The notes below the pieces were generated by a model that was not told the DNA's origin, ran no database searches, and was given only the letters and a program-made list of their open reading frames with translations. The position numbers were made by a program, and so were the translations under genes. Shown here piece after piece: positions 11,401 to 23,700 of a DNA stretch of 64,000 nucleotides (position 1 is its first letter; each line of letters starts with the position of its first letter). The stretch lies in contig JBNJNM010000011.1 in the NCBI GenBank assembly GCA_052426225.1, positions 3,534,001 through 3,598,000 on the forward strand, given 5' to 3'. Origin of the DNA: Zancudomyces culisetae HAW-14-8 (Eukaryota; Fungi; Kickxellomycota).

Positions 11401-12327
11401 ATGCTCGATATAATACCCAAATATATCGGTAAAATTTTTGTGGTTTGCTTCAACCAATTTTTTTCTTTTTAATATTGCCTGTCGAAGTCCATAATCTTTC
11501 ACCTCAGTCCCCTCCTCCATTGCATCCATCTCCATCTCTGGCTCTGTTTCTGATCCCGCCACCTTTTCGCTTTCTTCTTGCTCTTGTCCTCGCTTCTCCT
11601 CCTCCTCTTCCTCTATTTTTTCAAGCTCTTTTTCGATTTCTGAGCCCATCGACAACTCTGCTGTTTTCTCCCTTTCTCGTTCATCTACAGCCTCCTTAGT
11701 TAAATTCTCACTTTTTCTGTCTTCACTTGTATCTCTCTCCTCTATCTCGCTCTCTTCAGAACCAGAAAACAGTCCCATATATTGGTCTTTGTTTCGATCT
11801 TCTTCTTCCTCCTCCTCCTCTTCCTCCTCATAATCTTCATGTTCGTGTCTCCGTTTTATTATCGGTGCTTGCTTACTCATCTTCACATCACCACTAACTT
11901 TATCTCTACCTCTCGCTCCCTCTTCATCTACCTCTTCTTCTTCTTCTTCTTCCTCCTCTTCTTCCTCTTCGATCTCGTCAGCTTCTGTTTCCTCATCATA
12001 CTCATCATCCTCATACGCATTTTCAAATCTAACCTTCTGCCGAATGACGCTTTTGCCACCAACATTACCACCAGCACCATTCTCCACAATTTCCATGCTT
12101 CTACCTCGACTCCTATCCTCATCGAATGTAGTATAAGTTGTCTGTTTTTTGTCTACGCCTTCCGCAATATCATTGTTGAACATAATATCGTCCAATGCGG
12201 TTTCTAAAAATCTGTTTCCCTCCTCTCCAACTTCCAAAAACACCTCCCTCATCTCATCGTCCATGTCCGAAAAGTCTAGTTTCCCAGACTCATCAACATT
12301 TCCAAACAGAAACTTTGCAAATGACAT
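8464..12327 (-). CDS. TAF1: TFIID subunit 1 (no bromodomains, fungal type)
   Basis: N-terminal FLFGNVDESGKLD motif and acidic tracts. DUF3591 core (EYTEEFPPLMSNVGMGS, NNLFRAPLF, QIRQRLKEF, WNTTRNF, GEGDPSNIGCAFSFLR, YNVAEQQ). C-terminal zinc knuckle CRNCGMLGHMKSNKKCP. Confidence 0.95.
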   Translation of the reverse strand: MSFAKFLFGNVDESGKLDFSDMDDEMREVFLEVGEEGNRFLETALDDIMFNNDIAEGVDKKQTTYTTFDEDRSRGRSMEIVENGAGGNVGGKSVIRQKVRFENAYEDDEYDEETEADEIEEEEEEEEEEEEEVDEEGARGRDKVSGDVKMSKQAPIIKRRHEHEDYEEEEEEEEEEDRNKDQYMGLFSGSEESEIEERDTSEDRKSENLTKEAVDEREREKTAELSMGSEIEKELEKIEEEEEEKRGQEQEESEKVAGSETEPEMEMDAMEEGTEVKDYGLRQAILKRKKLVEANHKNFTDIFGYYIEHKINRNKRKYPQIEIKTADSKLWEINRKVKKSVNYLEEITSRLERTREEEGRVNTWNDVNSGGVEVDRSMFGIEVLDWEKDIRFEKPVGEEDGPWKVEGRSIRPININFMNGGWIEDIRFDMASEKEIMAIKKSIERGIGSREAEAGGKLERIGLEETGEGRGNRYNISNDMFYEALQEGRITRVRQTFGQLVVKHSVPVVKLLKPFFKIRFTKQELREWHRPRFNVYENTEATSGDVKIRFNRVRSSKKRKHRGRSEALWSGMDITLRDNSEIVLVEYTEEFPPLMSNVGMGSVLVNYYRKVDDKDTHVPETRLGELFVLGVADVSPFWGFGNVESGQMMAVLYNNLFRAPLFQQRPNNRDFLAIRFKAEKNNSRYYLRSIPHFFVAGQTYPLMEVPTPHSRRVTNIIKMRLQVAAYRLINENLHHLLNFEKLIEMFPEYNDAQIRQRLKEFCEFQKKGAGSGYWRAKSNMPVPKEENLREMLSPEMICLFESMLVSQLHLMDLGAAKAASSGAHNDTDSVGNYSYNDPQTPQPTPVNATSWRPVDEASSLAPSSMVHTPTEERLANWNTTRNFTNATQGKAMLQLCGEGDPSNIGCAFSFLRVSMKDIFLRPGEDIETKLAEIESRPKSAHRYNVAEQQEIYREEIDRIWNGQLRLLSSPSSLSLSLSLSPSSSYVPSAVKLITSCKHHCSENENLIVPKSGDPYLPLFLTNNNVNNTNNSNGGKCFEISNLSTNLPLNKPTVPPPHQTSFIGYNSKMLTKKRLVIKRKIRSATIGPSGEYTYSYSVEILTDPQVIEAYLRQKYIIHQQQKENALRDSEAIAKLRLSKHCRAKHYSKLLSSHMSTFSLSSQIQQQQQQQQQHQFSQNASSLNYGYGSANDPNTGSGMTFSTASSGADGAFNTPGSLRADGSFSGSSNHLNSLNVNTSLNTNQNIMPTTPGASTPLSSTGSRRCRNCGMLGHMKSNKKCPRYYEFYPS

Positions 12328-13126
12328 TTTCCCTGTTTTTTTCTTATTCTTCGTTCGTTCGTTTTTTTCTATTTACAGGTTGATATTGTCTTATTTCACT
12401 CGCCTTATCTTCGGTCGATGTTGATTCAATAATTCATCTTAGCAGTCTTGGAGGCTTGATTTACAAGCATTAAATTCGTGTGTTTTCCCAATTTTGTATC
12501 TATTTTGTACCTATTTATTTATATTCTATCCTGCATTTGTTTTTTTTTTCCCACAACCCAGAAAACCGTCGAATTTTTTTTTCTTTTCAAAAATCCTTGA
12601 CTGAATGCGACATTAAAAAGCGCAATGAAAAAAAATAAATAAACACGAATCAATATACATTTGATTTCAATTTTGCACCAGGTCGCGGATTTTAGATTTC
12701 CAAGAGCAATTATTGAACATCACTCTTAAAATTCTTTCTTTAACAAGCTTTTCATTCGCGTCTGTTGCTACCGGCTATATAAAAGCAGAAATACTACACA
12801 AGGCTTAGTCCAAAGACTTTGTAGTTAATTGATACCATATGGATTGTATACACCGTTATAAGCGGCTAATAACACTATCGGCCATTTAAATACCACTCTA
12901 ATGTCTGACACTGGAATATCCATTTATTTGTAAACATGATATAACCAAGCCAACATGAACACAATATAACTGCTGGCTCTACCACTATTGTGGCCATGTG
13001 ACATTTTTTATATAGTTTCTCATTATAGCTAATGCTAGTTAAAAAAAAATTTTTTTTTATAGACCGAAATTTTTTTTGTTCTAGCGGAAAAAAGCAAATC
13101 AGCAAACCTAAATCCTCAAAAGTTTC

Positions 13127-13145
13127 TGAAAAAAATTTTTTTTTT
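13127..13145. promoter_or_regulatory. RRPE-like TGAAAAAAATTTT element upstream of RRP9
   Basis: Matches the AAAWTTTT core known from yeast ribosome-biogenesis promoters. A second copy lies at 13041-13058. Confidence 0.45.
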
Positions 13146-13510
13146 CACAAGTTGATGAATATGAGCTTGGTTAGTGAGTCTAAACATATTTGTAATTAGA
13201 TTATAAACTAGGTCAGCAAAATATTACTCATTTCCAGAACTGTAAATAATTTAATAACGTAACCTGTACAAATAGAGAGAAGAACATAAGGGAAAGCTCT
13301 AATTGTGGATAATTTTGACGATTTTGTGAATATAAAGATTAGCGTCAATCATTGGTACTTCCAAGAATCAAAGAAATCGAATACTACAACCTTCAGCTAG
13401 GAAAACACTACATTTACAACTTTACCCATTTAAAATTGAGCCAGAGAATTGCCTGTACAGCTAAACAAAAGAAAAAGCATAGTTAAAATAATATTTTTTG
13501 GGAAGCGAAT

Positions 13511-15691
13511 ATGGCTAAAGACCGATTTTTTGCACTACCAGGTGAAGGTAGAAAAAGGAAAGCCCCAACCGAAAACAAAAATAAAGGGAAGAATACAAGA
13601 GATAACACTAAAAGAACAAACAACAAGTCTAGATCTTTTGGGCAGTCAAACAGAGGCAAAGCCGGTGGGGGTCGTGGTGGTAAATTTGGTGGTGGTAAAT
13701 TTGGTGGTGGAAGATCTGGTGATAGGAAGAGAGGCAAGTTTGAAGAGAAATATGACGATGAGGAGGTAGATTCTGACGATCTTGAAGGTGAAGAAAACGA
13801 AGAGCCTGGTAGTGGTGCTGAAAACAAGAGAGGCGAATCAGGTAGCGAGGAAGTAAGCAGCAGCGAAGAAGACAGCGAGGAAGAAGATGGCGAAGAAAGC
13901 GGGGATTATTCGGCAGAGACTGCCGCACAAAAACGGCTTCAAGTAGCGCGAGCATATGTAGAAAACCTCAAAAAGGGGGCAGAAATGGTCGAAGGGTTTG
14001 ATGCAGCAGATATAGATCGGGATATTATAGCAGAACGACTACAGGACGATTTAGAGAAGACACAAGGACGGATATATAAACGGATAGCAGACAGTTTCAA
14101 GTATACTATAAATAAGGATTCGGCGCTTGTACTGAAGAATGGCCACCATTTAGCAGTAACCTGCACAACTATTACAGACGATGGAAAGTATGTGTTTAGT
14201 GGGTCTAAGGATGGAAGCATTGCTAAATGTAAGTCTGGCTTTCAAGTACTATTGCCAGTATCATTTATATTTTTTTAACCTAATTTGTAGCAGTACGTGA
14301 ATACTACTAAACGACTAAATTTAACTAAAAATAAACAGGGGAAGTCTCTTCGGGAAAAAAGATAAATTCAATCAAGGGACAAAAGAAGACCTGCAAGGAT
14401 ACAACACTGGGGCATAGAGATCAGGTTTACTGTATGGCAGTATCATCAGATGGTAAATACTTGGCTACAGGAGGAAAAGACAAGCTAATACATATATGGA
14501 ACGCCAAAACTATGGATCATCTCGCAGAATTCAAACAGCACAAGGATGCTGTGACCGGGTTGGTATTCAGAAAGGGTCATAATCAGCTATATTCGTGTTC
14601 ACTGGACCGTATGGTCAAGCTATGGAACGTCGACGAACTTGGGTATATGGAAACATTGTTTGGTCATTTGGATTCTATAACTGGCATATCTACCATCCAG
14701 CGCGACCAGGCCGTTACTGTTGGTGCTCGCGATAAGTCTGCTCGTTTGTGGAAAATTGTGGACGAAACTCAGATGGTGTTCCGAGCTGGTGTTGTTACCG
14801 AACCTTCAAATGTAATCGAAAAGATTAGATTTGGCGAGCTGGACGTCTCAAAAGAAGATGAGCTGGACCTTCAAGAGGACATGATTGACCAAATAGATCT
14901 TGAAACAGAAAACAACAACGAGAGTAGCAATGGAAAAGCAGAGCGTGTAAATAGATCTGTTCGATCTGTGTTAGCCTCATTTAACACAAGTCTGCGGTTG
15001 CTTAAATCCAAGAAATTTAGGGAAGGAAGTGTAGACTGTGTTGCAATGATAGACGAGGAGACTTTTGTTACTGGTGGTGATTCTGGAGCCATTTGTCTGT
15101 GGAGTTTTCGCAGAAAAAAGCCAATTTTTACTTTCCATTTGGCTCACGGTGTTCAAAAATGCTCCTCAGATGGCAGTGACAGTGATGGATATCTGCCTAA
15201 CTGGATTTCTTCCCTTTGTGCCATTCCGCTAACTGATTTGTTTGTGTCTGGATCCAACGATGGCTACTTGAGACTATGGAAAATCAATTCCAATAAATTG
15301 CTCGGCTTTTCTCTGGTTAACGTCATCCCTATTGTAAGTTTTCTCTATACTCTACCTTTATTTTTGGTTTCTGGCACTGTATTTTTTTTTCATTCAACTT
15401 GTGACTAACCGAATTCTTCCATTTTTCCCGATAATTTAGGACGGTTATATTAACGATGTCGCAATTCATGAAGCGGATTCATCCAAGAACAAGAGCTCCA
15501 AATTCGGCTCTTCACTCGCGGCAAAGTCGTCATCTCACCCGCATGCAAATGACAATCCTGTAATTCTATCCCCAAGCGCCTTGACAATAGCCGTGGCTGT
15601 AGGTCAAGAGCCTAGACTTGGCAGATGGAATAGAATTCCTACTTCTAAAAATTCGCTAGTTGTTTATAAACTTTATCCTAAATCATTTTAA
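13511..15691 (+). CDS. RRP9: U3 snoRNP WD40 protein Rrp9/U3-55K (3 exons)
   Basis: Exons 13511-14228, 14339-15333, 15440-15691 join in frame via GT-AG introns. Motifs ETAAQKRL, DRDIIAERLQDD, WD repeats, YMETLFGH and C-terminal AVGQEPRLGRW. Confidence 0.93.
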
Positions 15692-16869
15692 TCAAACGCT
15701 ATTACACAATTAATAAATATTTACGCTTTGACACTTTTCCCTCCATTGACTCTGGGATAATACCTGGATGGCCAGCTTTGGCATTGCAAACCCACATCTC
15801 CGCATTCTTTTCTTTATATTCTAATTTTCTTTTTTGATCTAGAAAAAAAACCTATTCAGCTGATTTTTTTACTCCACCAGAACATTCTTCCAAAAAATTG
15901 TATTTGATTGGCTATGCCTTTATTGCGGTCTTTATTACACACATCTAGATCAAGATTGTCATAGCATTACAATTAGAACCGCATAGTTCATCCCCCCCCC
16001 TCCCCACCCCCTAATAATAATCAAAAAACGAAAAGTAGGGGAAACAAAAAAAAAAGTTACACACAGCCAAGAGCAACTGTGCGAACCCAAGTCTTAGCCA
16101 TTCACAACCCATACCATCCTTCTCACTTGCCTACCCATTTACTTTTCCTTAATTCTTAAAACCCCGCTCTCCGCCCTTATCTTGGTCTAACAACCGTACA
16201 AAAGCCTAGTTTCTACATTGTAATTTTCTCTACCGCAGTTGATCTGGCCCATTTTTATAGCTTCGATTGCCTTTTTTTGCACTACAGCTTCCTATCGTAC
16301 TTGAGTATATGCGTACTGGGCATTGTCTAATAAAGTCTTTTGCAATTCACACACTTTTTTTGTTTCCGAACCAGTACACTTTCATCTAGACTGGCACTAT
16401 TTTTCGGATTTAATGGTTTGGCTAGCGTATTCATCCACAATACCAACAGTTGGCATAGTAGTATTGGAATCTGTTCAATGTTATACCTCGCAAATTCTGT
16501 TCCTGGATAGCTCCTTAATACTTGATTTGTCTTTGCTTTATTGATGATAGCTAGAAAACCATATCCCACAACATCGAGCCCATTAATTTATTTCAACTAT
16601 TATTAGAAGAGATATCGTTTGATTTGGTGGTAATTATTTATAAAAGTAATAGCTCGTGCTCTTTACATTTGATTTTATACATTTTTTTAAATATTACACC
16701 CAAACGTTGATATACTTTTCTTGTAAATAAATAATAATAGTAGTTGTATATATCGTCTATATTATACGTAGTATATCAAGGTTTTAAAAAATATCAAAAA
16801 GAGTATACACAAAAGTAGTCACACACAGGATTGTCGATAACAATATAGGCGTATGTCTGGATCGCAACA

Positions 16870-19225
16870 ATGAAAAATATTCAAAATTTTGTTAATATAC
16901 TTATAACACTACAAGCACTGCTTGTAAGTGGTGTGCCAATATATACGGATCGAAGCGTAGAAACTTATCAAAATCCGGGAAACGACAGCCTTACAGTTAA
17001 CACACTACAAATACAAACCAGTTACTCTGGTGGTACACATTCCACCACGGATTTTACATATCCACGAGCCAGCACCCATATGAATTTTTATATGTCAACT
17101 ACGACTAGCATCAAAACTGAACATAACAACCGAAAAAGATATATTTTGGCGAATATTATCAAAGAAGATTTTAGCCCTACGAGTACTGTGCCTCCTATAT
17201 ATTCAACTCCTTATCACAAATCCAGCTCTACTGTTGGACCCAATGGCAACAATAACAGACATATAACAATGGTGACCCGTACAAGTGATACGTTAAAAAG
17301 GTCAGCAGCAAGAAAGGCTATAGGATTCAGACAGGAAGAAGGTAAGTTAATGTGTACTGTTTTTCTTTTTTTATTACCAATAAACCATTTTCATACAAGT
17401 GGCTAGATAAAATATGCAAATAACACATATAGTGGACAACTTTGATGCAGATACATCAAGTGATACAGAACAAATAATGGACCAGTCGGATAGTGAATTA
17501 TCCTCAACAGAGGATACTTCAGAAAATACTGAGTCTACCCCCTCTGACACAGAAGGACAAGAGCCAACACAGGAGGAAAGTGGTGTAGAGGGTGAAATGA
17601 CCGAGGGTATAGCTGGAAACGAAGTAGGTATTCCCGAAATATCATCGACAGATGTTATGACCGAGTTATTGCCAGAAGGAGAAATAAAATACAAATCGAC
17701 CACAACTACCACAGTTCTGGAAACAACTACAATAACAGTGACAATAACTAGCACCATTGAAACCACCACGCAGACAACGCTTTCGCGTTCGACAACTACT
17801 ATGCTGACGATTGAGTCAGTAACCACGACAATTCCAGTATCCACAGATGTTACTGTATTGAGCACAGAAACACCCTCTGAATCAACAAGTGCACCTCCAA
17901 GCACCGTATCAATGACGGTGGTAGAAACAGAATTTGTTTCATTATCCACTGCTTCACAAACAACAACTGTTCCAGTTGTAGAAACAGTTACCCGTTCAGT
18001 GGAAACCGTGCAACTATCCGTTTCATCAGTTCCAGTTAGCTCTAGTAGCAGTTCAAGCGAGCAAGGAATTGTTGGGAATGAAATTCCAGAGTCTCCACTG
18101 ACATCAACCAGCGAAACTATTGGCGAAACCACTAGCGAGGTTACCAGTGAAGTTACCAGCGAAATAACAAGTGAAGTTACGAGTGAAATAACAAGTGAAG
18201 TTACGAGTGAAATAACAGGTGATGTTACCAGTGATGTTACTAGTGAAGTTACCAGCGAAGCTACTAGTGAAGTTACCAGTGAAGTTACCAGTGAAGTTAC
18301 TAGCGAAGTTACCAGTGAAGTTACCAGTGAAGTTACCAGCGACATAACTAGTGAAGTTACCAGTGAAGTTACCAGCGACATAACTAGTGAAGTTACCAGT
18401 GAAACCGCCAGCGAGACTACTAGCGCGATTGCCAGCGAAACGCCCGGCGAAACCACCGTTGAGGTTACTAGCGATGTTACCAGTGAAGTTACTAGTGAAA
18501 TTACTAGCGAGGTTACTAGCGAAACCACCATTGAAGTTACTAGTGAAACAGTCAGTGAAGTTACTGGTGAATCCACTAGTAGTGCGCCCACTGATCAAGG
18601 TGTAGTCGGAAATGAGATTCCAGAGTCTTCATTGCCATCGACTAGCGAAACCACTAGCGAAACCACCAGTGAAATGACTAGCGAAATAGCTAGTCAAATG
18701 AGTAGTGAGACCACTACAAACGGTACTTGTAGTGTTGAAACCACGAGTAGTGCCCCAACCGATCAAGGTGTAGTTGGAAATGAGATCTCACAATCTCCAT
18801 TGTCATCGACTAGCGAGGTTACCAGTCAAACTACCAGTGTCAGTACTGCCACTAGCAGTGGCACAGGTACGCCATCAAATTCCACAGTGACGATAACCAG
18901 TGTTGTGGAAAACAATATACTTATAGAAATAACTAACAATGCTAATAACAATCTTGCAGGAGGTGGAAGTGGAAGTGGAAGTGGGAGTGGAAATGGAAGT
19001 GGGAGTGGGAGTGGGAGTGGAGGTGGATCTGTAAATAATAACAATAACATCAATAACAATAACAACATTAATAGAAAAGGAAGTGGAAGTGGGCAGAGAG
19101 ATGTAAAACTAAAAAATGACAATACAAAGCATACTGTTAATACCAAGAGCGGAACTAGTAGTGGTATTCTTGAAAAGGCATGTGGAGAGGGCTGCAAGAT
19201 TGTTATTAACACAAAGGGACACTGA
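16870..19225 (+). CDS. Secreted Thr/Ser/Glu-rich mucin-like protein with TSEV repeats (2 exons, about 754 aa)
   Basis: Signal-peptide-like start (MKNIQNFVNILITLQALLVSG). Intron 17342-17432 (GTAAGT...TAAC...TATAG) joins track ORFs 16870 and 17414 in frame; the nearer AG at 17406 is out of frame. Confidence 0.8.
18130..18570 (+). repeat. 12-bp coding minisatellite ACCAGTGAAGTT encoding (TSEV)n
   Basis: More than 30 degenerate tandem units encoding TSEV/TSEI/TSDI/TSET. Confidence 0.95.
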
Positions 19226-19944
19226 TAATCTACTTGTTTATTTTCATGATATGACCAGAGAGGTATTAAAAAAAAAATCCAACAAACTAGAAAGATTCTG
19301 GGTATTTTGATTGTTGGTAGTTGTTTACTTGATTCAAACGAGAGAAAAAGATATATATAGAAAAGTGAGGTCCAACGTTGTTGGTTTAAATACTCTCTTT
19401 ACCTGTAATAATTTACTGTTTTTTCCACCTTTTTTTTTCTTGATTTATACTTGTTAAAAAAACTATTATATATATTATACTGTAAATAAACGCAATGAAA
19501 CGAAACGAAACGCAATGAAATGAAATGAGAACACTAAAGGACAAAAAACTTATTGAAATATGCAAAAAGGTCAGCACTACTTAATAAATCAAAATAAAAT
19601 GTGTTGACACTCCTCCCCCTCCCTCTCCCCCTACCTGTTATCTTCTCACAAATCTTCAACTTTTTTTTTTGTTTGCAAATTCGTATAGATCGATATAAAC
19701 CGCGAACTGCCACTGTTACGTTTGGAAGAGCCAGAGACTAGATTTTATTTAAAATACTCGCCAAGTTCGGGAAGTATTGAACAAAATGTCGATATGTGTG
19801 TGTTTAAGGCTGTGGGGATAAATGATCATCGACTGCTCGAAGAGAAATTGAAAGAGAAAATGATTGATTTGATTGAAAATAACGTTTTAGAGTAGTAAGT
19901 ACAATAATGTTTATGGCTTGATTTTTGAATACATACAATATGTA

Positions 19945-19984
19945 TTATATATATATGTGTGTGTGTGTATGTGTGTGTGTGTGT
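19945..19984. repeat. (TA)n(TG)n microsatellite
   Basis: ttatatatatatgtgtgtgtgtgtatgtgtgtgtgtgtgt read directly. Confidence 0.9.
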
Positions 19985-20770
19985 ACCTTACCTATTAAAC
20001 TTGTAAATTGTCAACTAGCTATGTATGTTCGAGCCTCGGCTGGAATAGAAAGCACAAGGAGCGAGAAATATTTTGCAGAAGTTCACGATTCGTTATACTC
20101 ACAATACCACATAACTGTGCTCACACCAAATCCAGTAATACCGACAAAGAAACTTTTAGTAATAGTGTAGCCAATATATCTGCTCAGTGTTTGCAGCAAG
20201 AAAGTCTTGCTGGCTTTTTGTGTTTCCGTTTTGACTTTGAAAAGTGTAATCGGAAGGAAATCCCTGTTATTTATTGGTATGTGTAAACTGTTTATAACTA
20301 CTGTAACTGTCTAAAACAATAACGAGAATGCTAATGAAATAGTTATGAAATACAAATTTTGCCAGAATATCAAAGCCAAGGCCTCGGAAGATATATGATT
20401 AACACTATGCTTGAGCTTGGAAAAAAGTACAAGCTAAAAAAACTGATGCTGACACATTTCAAAGGTAGGGAGGTTTCTTTTTTTAAAAATTGAAAAAGAT
20501 GTACAAGTGTTAAAATATACATATAAAGTGAATTGCTTACAAAGAAATGTGTGTAAATATGATAGATAACATAAAAGCTGGAAAATTTTACAGGAGGCTG
20601 GGAATTATGTATGATGAAACATCAGATGTAAACAAAAAACTGGAAACCAAGAAGGAGAGCGGAGGTGGTGATGGCCAGGATAAAGACGGTGGATATGAGA
20701 TATTGAGTATTATACTTTTACAATAGGGCCGGACCAGATCAATGCTGAGTGTAGTGCGACTTTTATAGTT

Positions 20771-23700
20771 TTATAGATTAATAGAGCCTTTTCTAGTAGA
20801 TTTCGACACAGAAGCACTAGCACCATCTTCAGTATTGAGACTAGATGCTGGTGTTGAGGCTGTACTTGGGTTGGAAGTCGCAGTGGTAGTTGTAGTGGTA
20901 GTGGTGGGATTGGTGTTGCTGGAAATGTTTGGATTAGCAGCAAGGAGATTGTTGTTGGTGAATTGCCGCAACAGAGCATCGGCAATGATCGAAGCAGCAT
21001 GTTTTGCGATTTTCGACTCGGACGAGGGCGACAGGGCCGACAAGGGCAACGTATTAGCATTACTATTGGGATTGGGATTGGGGTTGGGATTGGGAGTTGG
21101 GTTAGAAGTAGAGGTATGGTTTGCATTCATGTGTGTATTAACGGTAGAAGTAGAAGGTAATATAGAGGTGTGAGCAGGGAATGGATGAGGAGGTTTGGGC
21201 TTGATGCTAATTATTGGTTTTACAGAGGGCTGGCCCATATCTACAGGTCCGGTATTATTACCAACACTACTACTGCTGCAGGTATTATTTACGGCGATTG
21301 TAGTTGTTTTGGAAACGTTAGTGGTAATAGTTGGAGGTGAAAGAGAGGAAGGTGATGGGATGCGGACAATGGGGACAGTAGCCAATGGGTTTTGAGGAGC
21401 CGAGGTCATTGCAAGGTTAATACTTCCAGCACTGTTAGCGCTTTTTTTTAGTTTGGTTTTTCTGACGGGTTTTGAAGACGATTTTTCAACTTTTGAATAG
21501 ATTGTGTTTTTAGTGAGTATAGACGAGGATTGAGATTGTTCAGACTTTTTCTTTTTTTTGGCAACTTTTTTAAGATCAGGTTGTTGTTGTTGTTGTTGCT
21601 GTTGGAGTTGTTGGAGCTGTTGATGTTGTTGTAATAGCAAGAGATGCTGTAGTAAAAGATGCTGAGATTGTTGTTGATAATTTTGCGGGGTGTTGTTCGA
21701 TGATGGGGTTAGAGAATTAAGGAGCATCAAAAAGTTTTGGTGGTGGATTGGGTTGGATAGAATAGAAAGTAAATTGGAATTAAGCAAAGTGTTAGCTGGA
21801 TTGTTGGAGAGGTCAGGAGCAGGAGCAGGAGCAGGAGTAGAGTCGCTGCTGCTTATGCTGTTGGTATTTGCAGGGAGGGGTAAGGGTTCAGGTGATTTTT
21901 TGAGTTTTTTAGTTGAGAGAGTTTTAGTGCTTTTAGGCTTTGGGAGTTTCTTTTTGAGGTTGGTTTTTGAAATGGATTCTGCGAGGGAAGTCGAAACTAT
22001 ATTTGGATTTAGACTTGGGTTTGAAGCTGAATTTGTAGGTGGATTTGGATTTGGGTTTGGGTTTGGATTTAGGGCTATTTGTGTATTTGTATTTATATTT
22101 GGTTTAAGATTCGTATTGTTTGAAAGTGGTGTGTCAACAGCGGAAGATTGAGTATTGTCTGGATATATTCTGGATAGTAGTTGCCTACGGCCCCATCTGG
22201 GAACCCAAAGTGTCAAAAACAAGAGATCAGAATGAACCTCGGGTGTATGTGCCAGACATTGTAGAGCAGAAACGGGTGGGCTGGACACTCGCCACCGATA
22301 TGCATCTACACACTTTTGCAAAATGGTCTGTCGATTTGTCAGCCGCGGTTTGTTCAGCCATGCAAGTTTCCACGCAATTTCATTGCAACTGACTTCAAAC
22401 GCCCAGCGACCCAGTGCCAACGGGCCGTAACGCTCCTTGCTTTTTCCTGATGCTCGAGGATATAGCGCATGAGCATCAATGAAACTTTTGGGTACATCGT
22501 ATGTGACTTGGGCAATGTCGGCTTTAATCCGAATCGTGTTGAACCGCGAGTGCGAAAACACATCTACCAGCAGCATTTTGGGCTGCAAATCCGAACTTGT
22601 GTGGAACGTTTCTGTCACATGCTGCAGATTGGCCGGCAGGAATCGCTGTCGAAACGCAGATGCCAGACTATCTTCCTTGGTTCTGTCCTTATCTGCACCC
22701 ACGCCGTTGTCGCTATCGCCATTCCCACCCATGTCTGAATTATCACCAATAACCTGCCCTTTTACTCCCACATCCAGTTTCATTTTTTCTACAGCATCCT
22801 TGTTTTTACCCTTAGCTTTCGACTTATCCTTGCTTTTACCTTTACCCTTGACTTTCGCTTTAATTTTGCTCCCTCGGGTCTTCTCTTCCGCTGCACTACT
22901 TTCCACATCATTTCCACCGCCTATAACATACTCTGGCTGCATCAGCTTCATTTGTTTGCTCGTCCGCCGGTTTTTGCGTCCAAACATAAGATTGCGGTAG
23001 CTATCTACTGCACGCTGTAACATCCCACGCTTCTCTGCCAATTTTTCTTGGTTTAGGAAGGCCAACCGCCACCCATAGTCATTACACTCTGTCTCATATT
23101 TCCACCGATTCCCACTGTAGTTGCCAAAACTGCAGTGTGCCCGCGGGTACACACAATTGCGCAGCCGAAACGTCTCGGGAATTTCACTTATCTTCACTTT
23201 GTCTACATCTCGCCGAATTGTGTGGCGCTGTAATCGCCCTTTCACCGTGTACGAAAATGACAAGTATGGGATCCCGTCTTCACCTATAAAACTCGTCGGT
23301 CCTCGATTTAACTCCTCATCCTCGCTATATTCATCCATCTTGCTATCAAGTTCTGATCTCGTCTTCATCTCCTCCGTCTCCTCCACCTCCCCCATGTCTT
23401 TCATATCTTCCACATCACTCTCTTGATACACTTTGGCCCCTTCCTTCTTCACTGGTCCTAATAACATCTCTTCAATTCCAAAGTTGGCCAGGTTTAGATT
23501 TTGGCTTAAATCGAACCCCAAATCAACAGGTTCTATCTCTTGGATTTGCTCTCCTTTACTCAGCACATCCTGCAGCCACTTTGGTATGTCTACCATTGTA
23601 TCCAGATCCTCGATATGTTCCGCGTCCATAATCAACCCTGTAATCATATTTTCTCCCCTCTTCCCCTCCTTTTTCTTGCGTTTTTTCTCTTTCTCTCCAT

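Noticed and set aside
16365-16575. Hairpin-rich segment with TGTTCC...AAACCAT..ACA, like snR30/U17 m1/m2
   Set aside because: m1 is imperfect, no basal stem closes the motifs, and the spacing to ACA is wrong.
17374-18598. Long antisense ORFs (405 aa, 164 aa) over the TSEV repeat
   Set aside because: Stop-free shadow frames of the 12-bp repeat; no independent features.
20027-20047. GTTCGAGCCTCGGCTGGAATA, resembling a tRNA T-loop and 3' acceptor strand
   Set aside because: The 5' T-stem strand, anticodon arm, D arm and 5' acceptor strand are absent. At most a fragment; no PBS-type TGG or LTR context.
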